Assembly: GCA_038087875.1 (NCBI GenBank)
Contig: CM075987.1
Location: forward strand, 18,230,001 to 18,294,000
DNA length: 64,000 nt
Direction of reading: 5' to 3'
DNA from: Malacoraja senta
Taxonomy: Eukaryota
Part shown: positions 61,821 through 64,000 of the stretch, piece after piece
Position numbering within the stretch: the stretch's first letter is position 1
Layout of the letters: every line of letters begins with the position of its first letter
Translations under genes and position numbers: made by a program
Notes under the pieces: generated by a model
The model's database searches: none
The model's input: only the letters and a program-made list of their open reading frames with translations
What the model was told of the DNA's origin: nothing

Positions 61821-61967
61821 GGTGGCTTCTTTGAGATGCTAGGTTGGGTGCTGCTGGATCCATTTGATACACTGAAGCAGGGGCCACCATGTGTCCGTTT
61901 GGGCAGATATTACTGTCGACCATTTGGGGACAAGGTAGTAGAGATTGTTTTGGGACAGCCAGGCTGG

Positions 61968-62670
61968 TGTTAGAAACAAAGGACTGTAGATCCTGGTGAA
62001 TACACAAAAGGACAGCAGTGCTGCAGTAACTCAGTAGTTCAGGCTGGAAATCATGGATAGGTGACGTATCGGGTTGAGACCCTTCTTCAGACTGATTATA
62101 GGGGAGAAGAGAAGAAAGCTGGAAAAGGGAGAGGTAGAACGTAAATGGCAGGTAATACGTCGACACAGGCGAGAGAAGGTTGTTTTTGATATGCAGCAGC
62201 TTGGGACAAAAACCACAGGTTTGAAGAGTTGCGGATTATAAAGCCAGAGGGAGGAAATTGGCGGTGGGAAGGCAGAGATTGAGTGGAGGGGAGAAATAGG
62301 TGGGAGTCAAGGTGGGCACAGGAGAGGGGAAGAGAGAAAGAGAAGATGGTGTTTAGGGGAGGGTGTTTTGAGAGGTTACCTAAAATTGGAAAATTCAATG
62401 TTCATACCATTGGGTTGTAAGCTACCCAAGCTGAATATGACGTGCTGTTGTCCAGTTTGTGCGTCACCTCACTCTGGAGGAGGAGACCCAGGACAGAAAG
62501 GTCAATGTGGGAATGGGAAGGGTAGTTGAAATGGTTAGCAAGTAGACGATCCACTTGGCCTTGTCAGACCAAGCGCATGTTCAGCCAAACGGTTGCCAGG
62601 TCTATGTTTGGTCTCACCGACGCACAAAAGGCCACATCAGGTGCAGTAGATGAAGTTAGAGGAGATGCAA
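61968..62670 (-). mobile_element. Penelope-like element 3' fragment with pLTR
   Basis: ANHFNYPSHSH and FSLGSLQPNGMNIEF motifs; pLTR with degenerate hammerhead core at 62061-62090. Confidence 0.8.
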
Positions 62671-63117
62671 GTTTTGTATGATGTATATATAATATCAGTA
62701 TTAAATGTAGTTTTATGAGAGGGATGTGGAATGGAACATTGGGGGAGAATTATTTATTCTGCTTTTGGATTTAGAATAATTCAAGATGAAAAGAGGGCAA
62801 TTTGGAGCCCTATGCACCTCAATGAGGTCAGGGAAAAAAGCTGGATTTTTTTTTTTTTAAACACACAAACTGGGACAAAACCAGAAAGGGTCTCGCAGCA
62901 TTTGTGATTTGTGCATGGATATTTTGGTCTGATATGAAATGATTTTGGAATGCATCTAGAAAGGAAAGAAAGATAATGTTCTGCGTTTAGTACTGGATTC
63001 TCCTTCAGCTGATGTTCAACCAGCTTTCGCTGGTAGATATTTTTGTTTATTGTCAAGCTTTCCCAGTTCTACCAGAACACACACTCAGATGTTCAGGAAT
63101 GACTGTAATCAAGACAT

Positions 63118-63454
63118 TTTTAGTTTAGTTTAGTTTTTAGTTTAGTTCAGAGATACAACGTGGAAACAGGCCCTTTCGTCCCACCGGGTCCGCGCCGACC
63201 AGCGATCCCCGCACATTAACACTATCCTATACCCACTTGGGACAGTTTTTTTTACATTTACCAAACCAATTAACCTACAAACCTGTACGTCTTTGGAATG
63301 TGGGAGGAAACCAAAGATCTTGGAGAAAACCCACGCAGGTCACGGGGGGAACGTGCAAACTCCGTACAGACAGCACCCATAGTCCGGATCGAACCCGGGT
63401 CTCCGGTGCTGCATTCGCTGTAAGGCAGCAACTCTACCGCTGCGCCACCGTGCC
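63118..63454 (-). mobile_element. tRNA-derived V-SINE (HE1-like), full length
   Basis: GGCACGGTGGCGCAGCGGTAGAG head, GGTTCGATCC B box, V-domain, (CTAAA)n tail. Confidence 0.9.
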
Positions 63455-64000
63455 GGGGAGATCAGGAGGTGGGGTATCATCAGGGTGTTCATCATCATCG
63501 TTGAAAACATCAACGGGCATGGTGCCTTACAATGCTGTGTACGACAGTGATCGCAACTTCTACTGAAGTGTGGATGGCCGTTGGCTCGCTAGGAGCTCAT
63601 CTGCCCTTTGACAGGTCTTGTTTCTGGTCCTTCTGGGGGGTCCACAGCCCCCTCCTCACCTGGCAAACCAGGTGGGGGGGGAGACAGCTTAGTCGCCGAC
63701 TATCCGACCATGGAACAGGTAGCACGGGATTACATGGTACCCGTGGCGGGTAGGAACTCCCCCCGACCTGAAGACAGGTTGGGTTTAGTGTTGAAGGTGT
63801 AATTGGTAGGGGATTTGGGGGGTGATGTTGGTGGGTGGGAACAGGAACGGTGCAGTGGGAGATGGCACGTACGGGAAGCAACCTCTTGAAGTTACCAGCC
63901 ATGGGTCTACTCCAAGCAGTGCCATCTGATCTGACATGGTCCAATGGGAACCTCAGCAGACTGCCACCACGTTTCCGGGGCGATGCTCTGAAGCTGTTGT

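Overview
This is eukaryotic vertebrate DNA, almost certainly an elasmobranch (skate/ray/shark), inferred from HE1-type V-SINEs and the dense CR1, Penelope and L1 content. No prokaryotic genes, rRNA or CRISPR arrays are present. A 200-N gap (50143-50342) splits the window into two very different halves. Left half: a minus-strand C2H2 zinc-finger gene (536 aa, 18 intact fingers, 5677-7287) with a probable CpG-island promoter and first exon about 14.5 kb upstream (ETS-CRE and NRF1 motifs). It is buried in long (CT)n tracts, nested CR1/RTE-X/L1/Rex1 LINEs, a Gypsy gag remnant, and scattered class I ERV pieces (three pol segments, env TM, PPT, three related LTR copies). It also holds a near-intact single-ORF CR1-group LINE with a 2A-like NPGP motif and PHD finger, and a 78-bp RANBP2-like coding fragment patched into a CR1. 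Right half: intronic DNA around one 80-bp KCNT1/KCNT2 exon. It carries a structurally complete DIRS1-type tyrosine-recombinase retrotransposon (ITRs, ICR, gag, RT/RNase H, adenine-methyltransferase-like domain, YR), a HERO fragment and two Harbinger-like MITEs. All family assignments come from motif recognition by eye, not database searches, and TE fragment boundaries are approximate unless a TSD or TIR is given.
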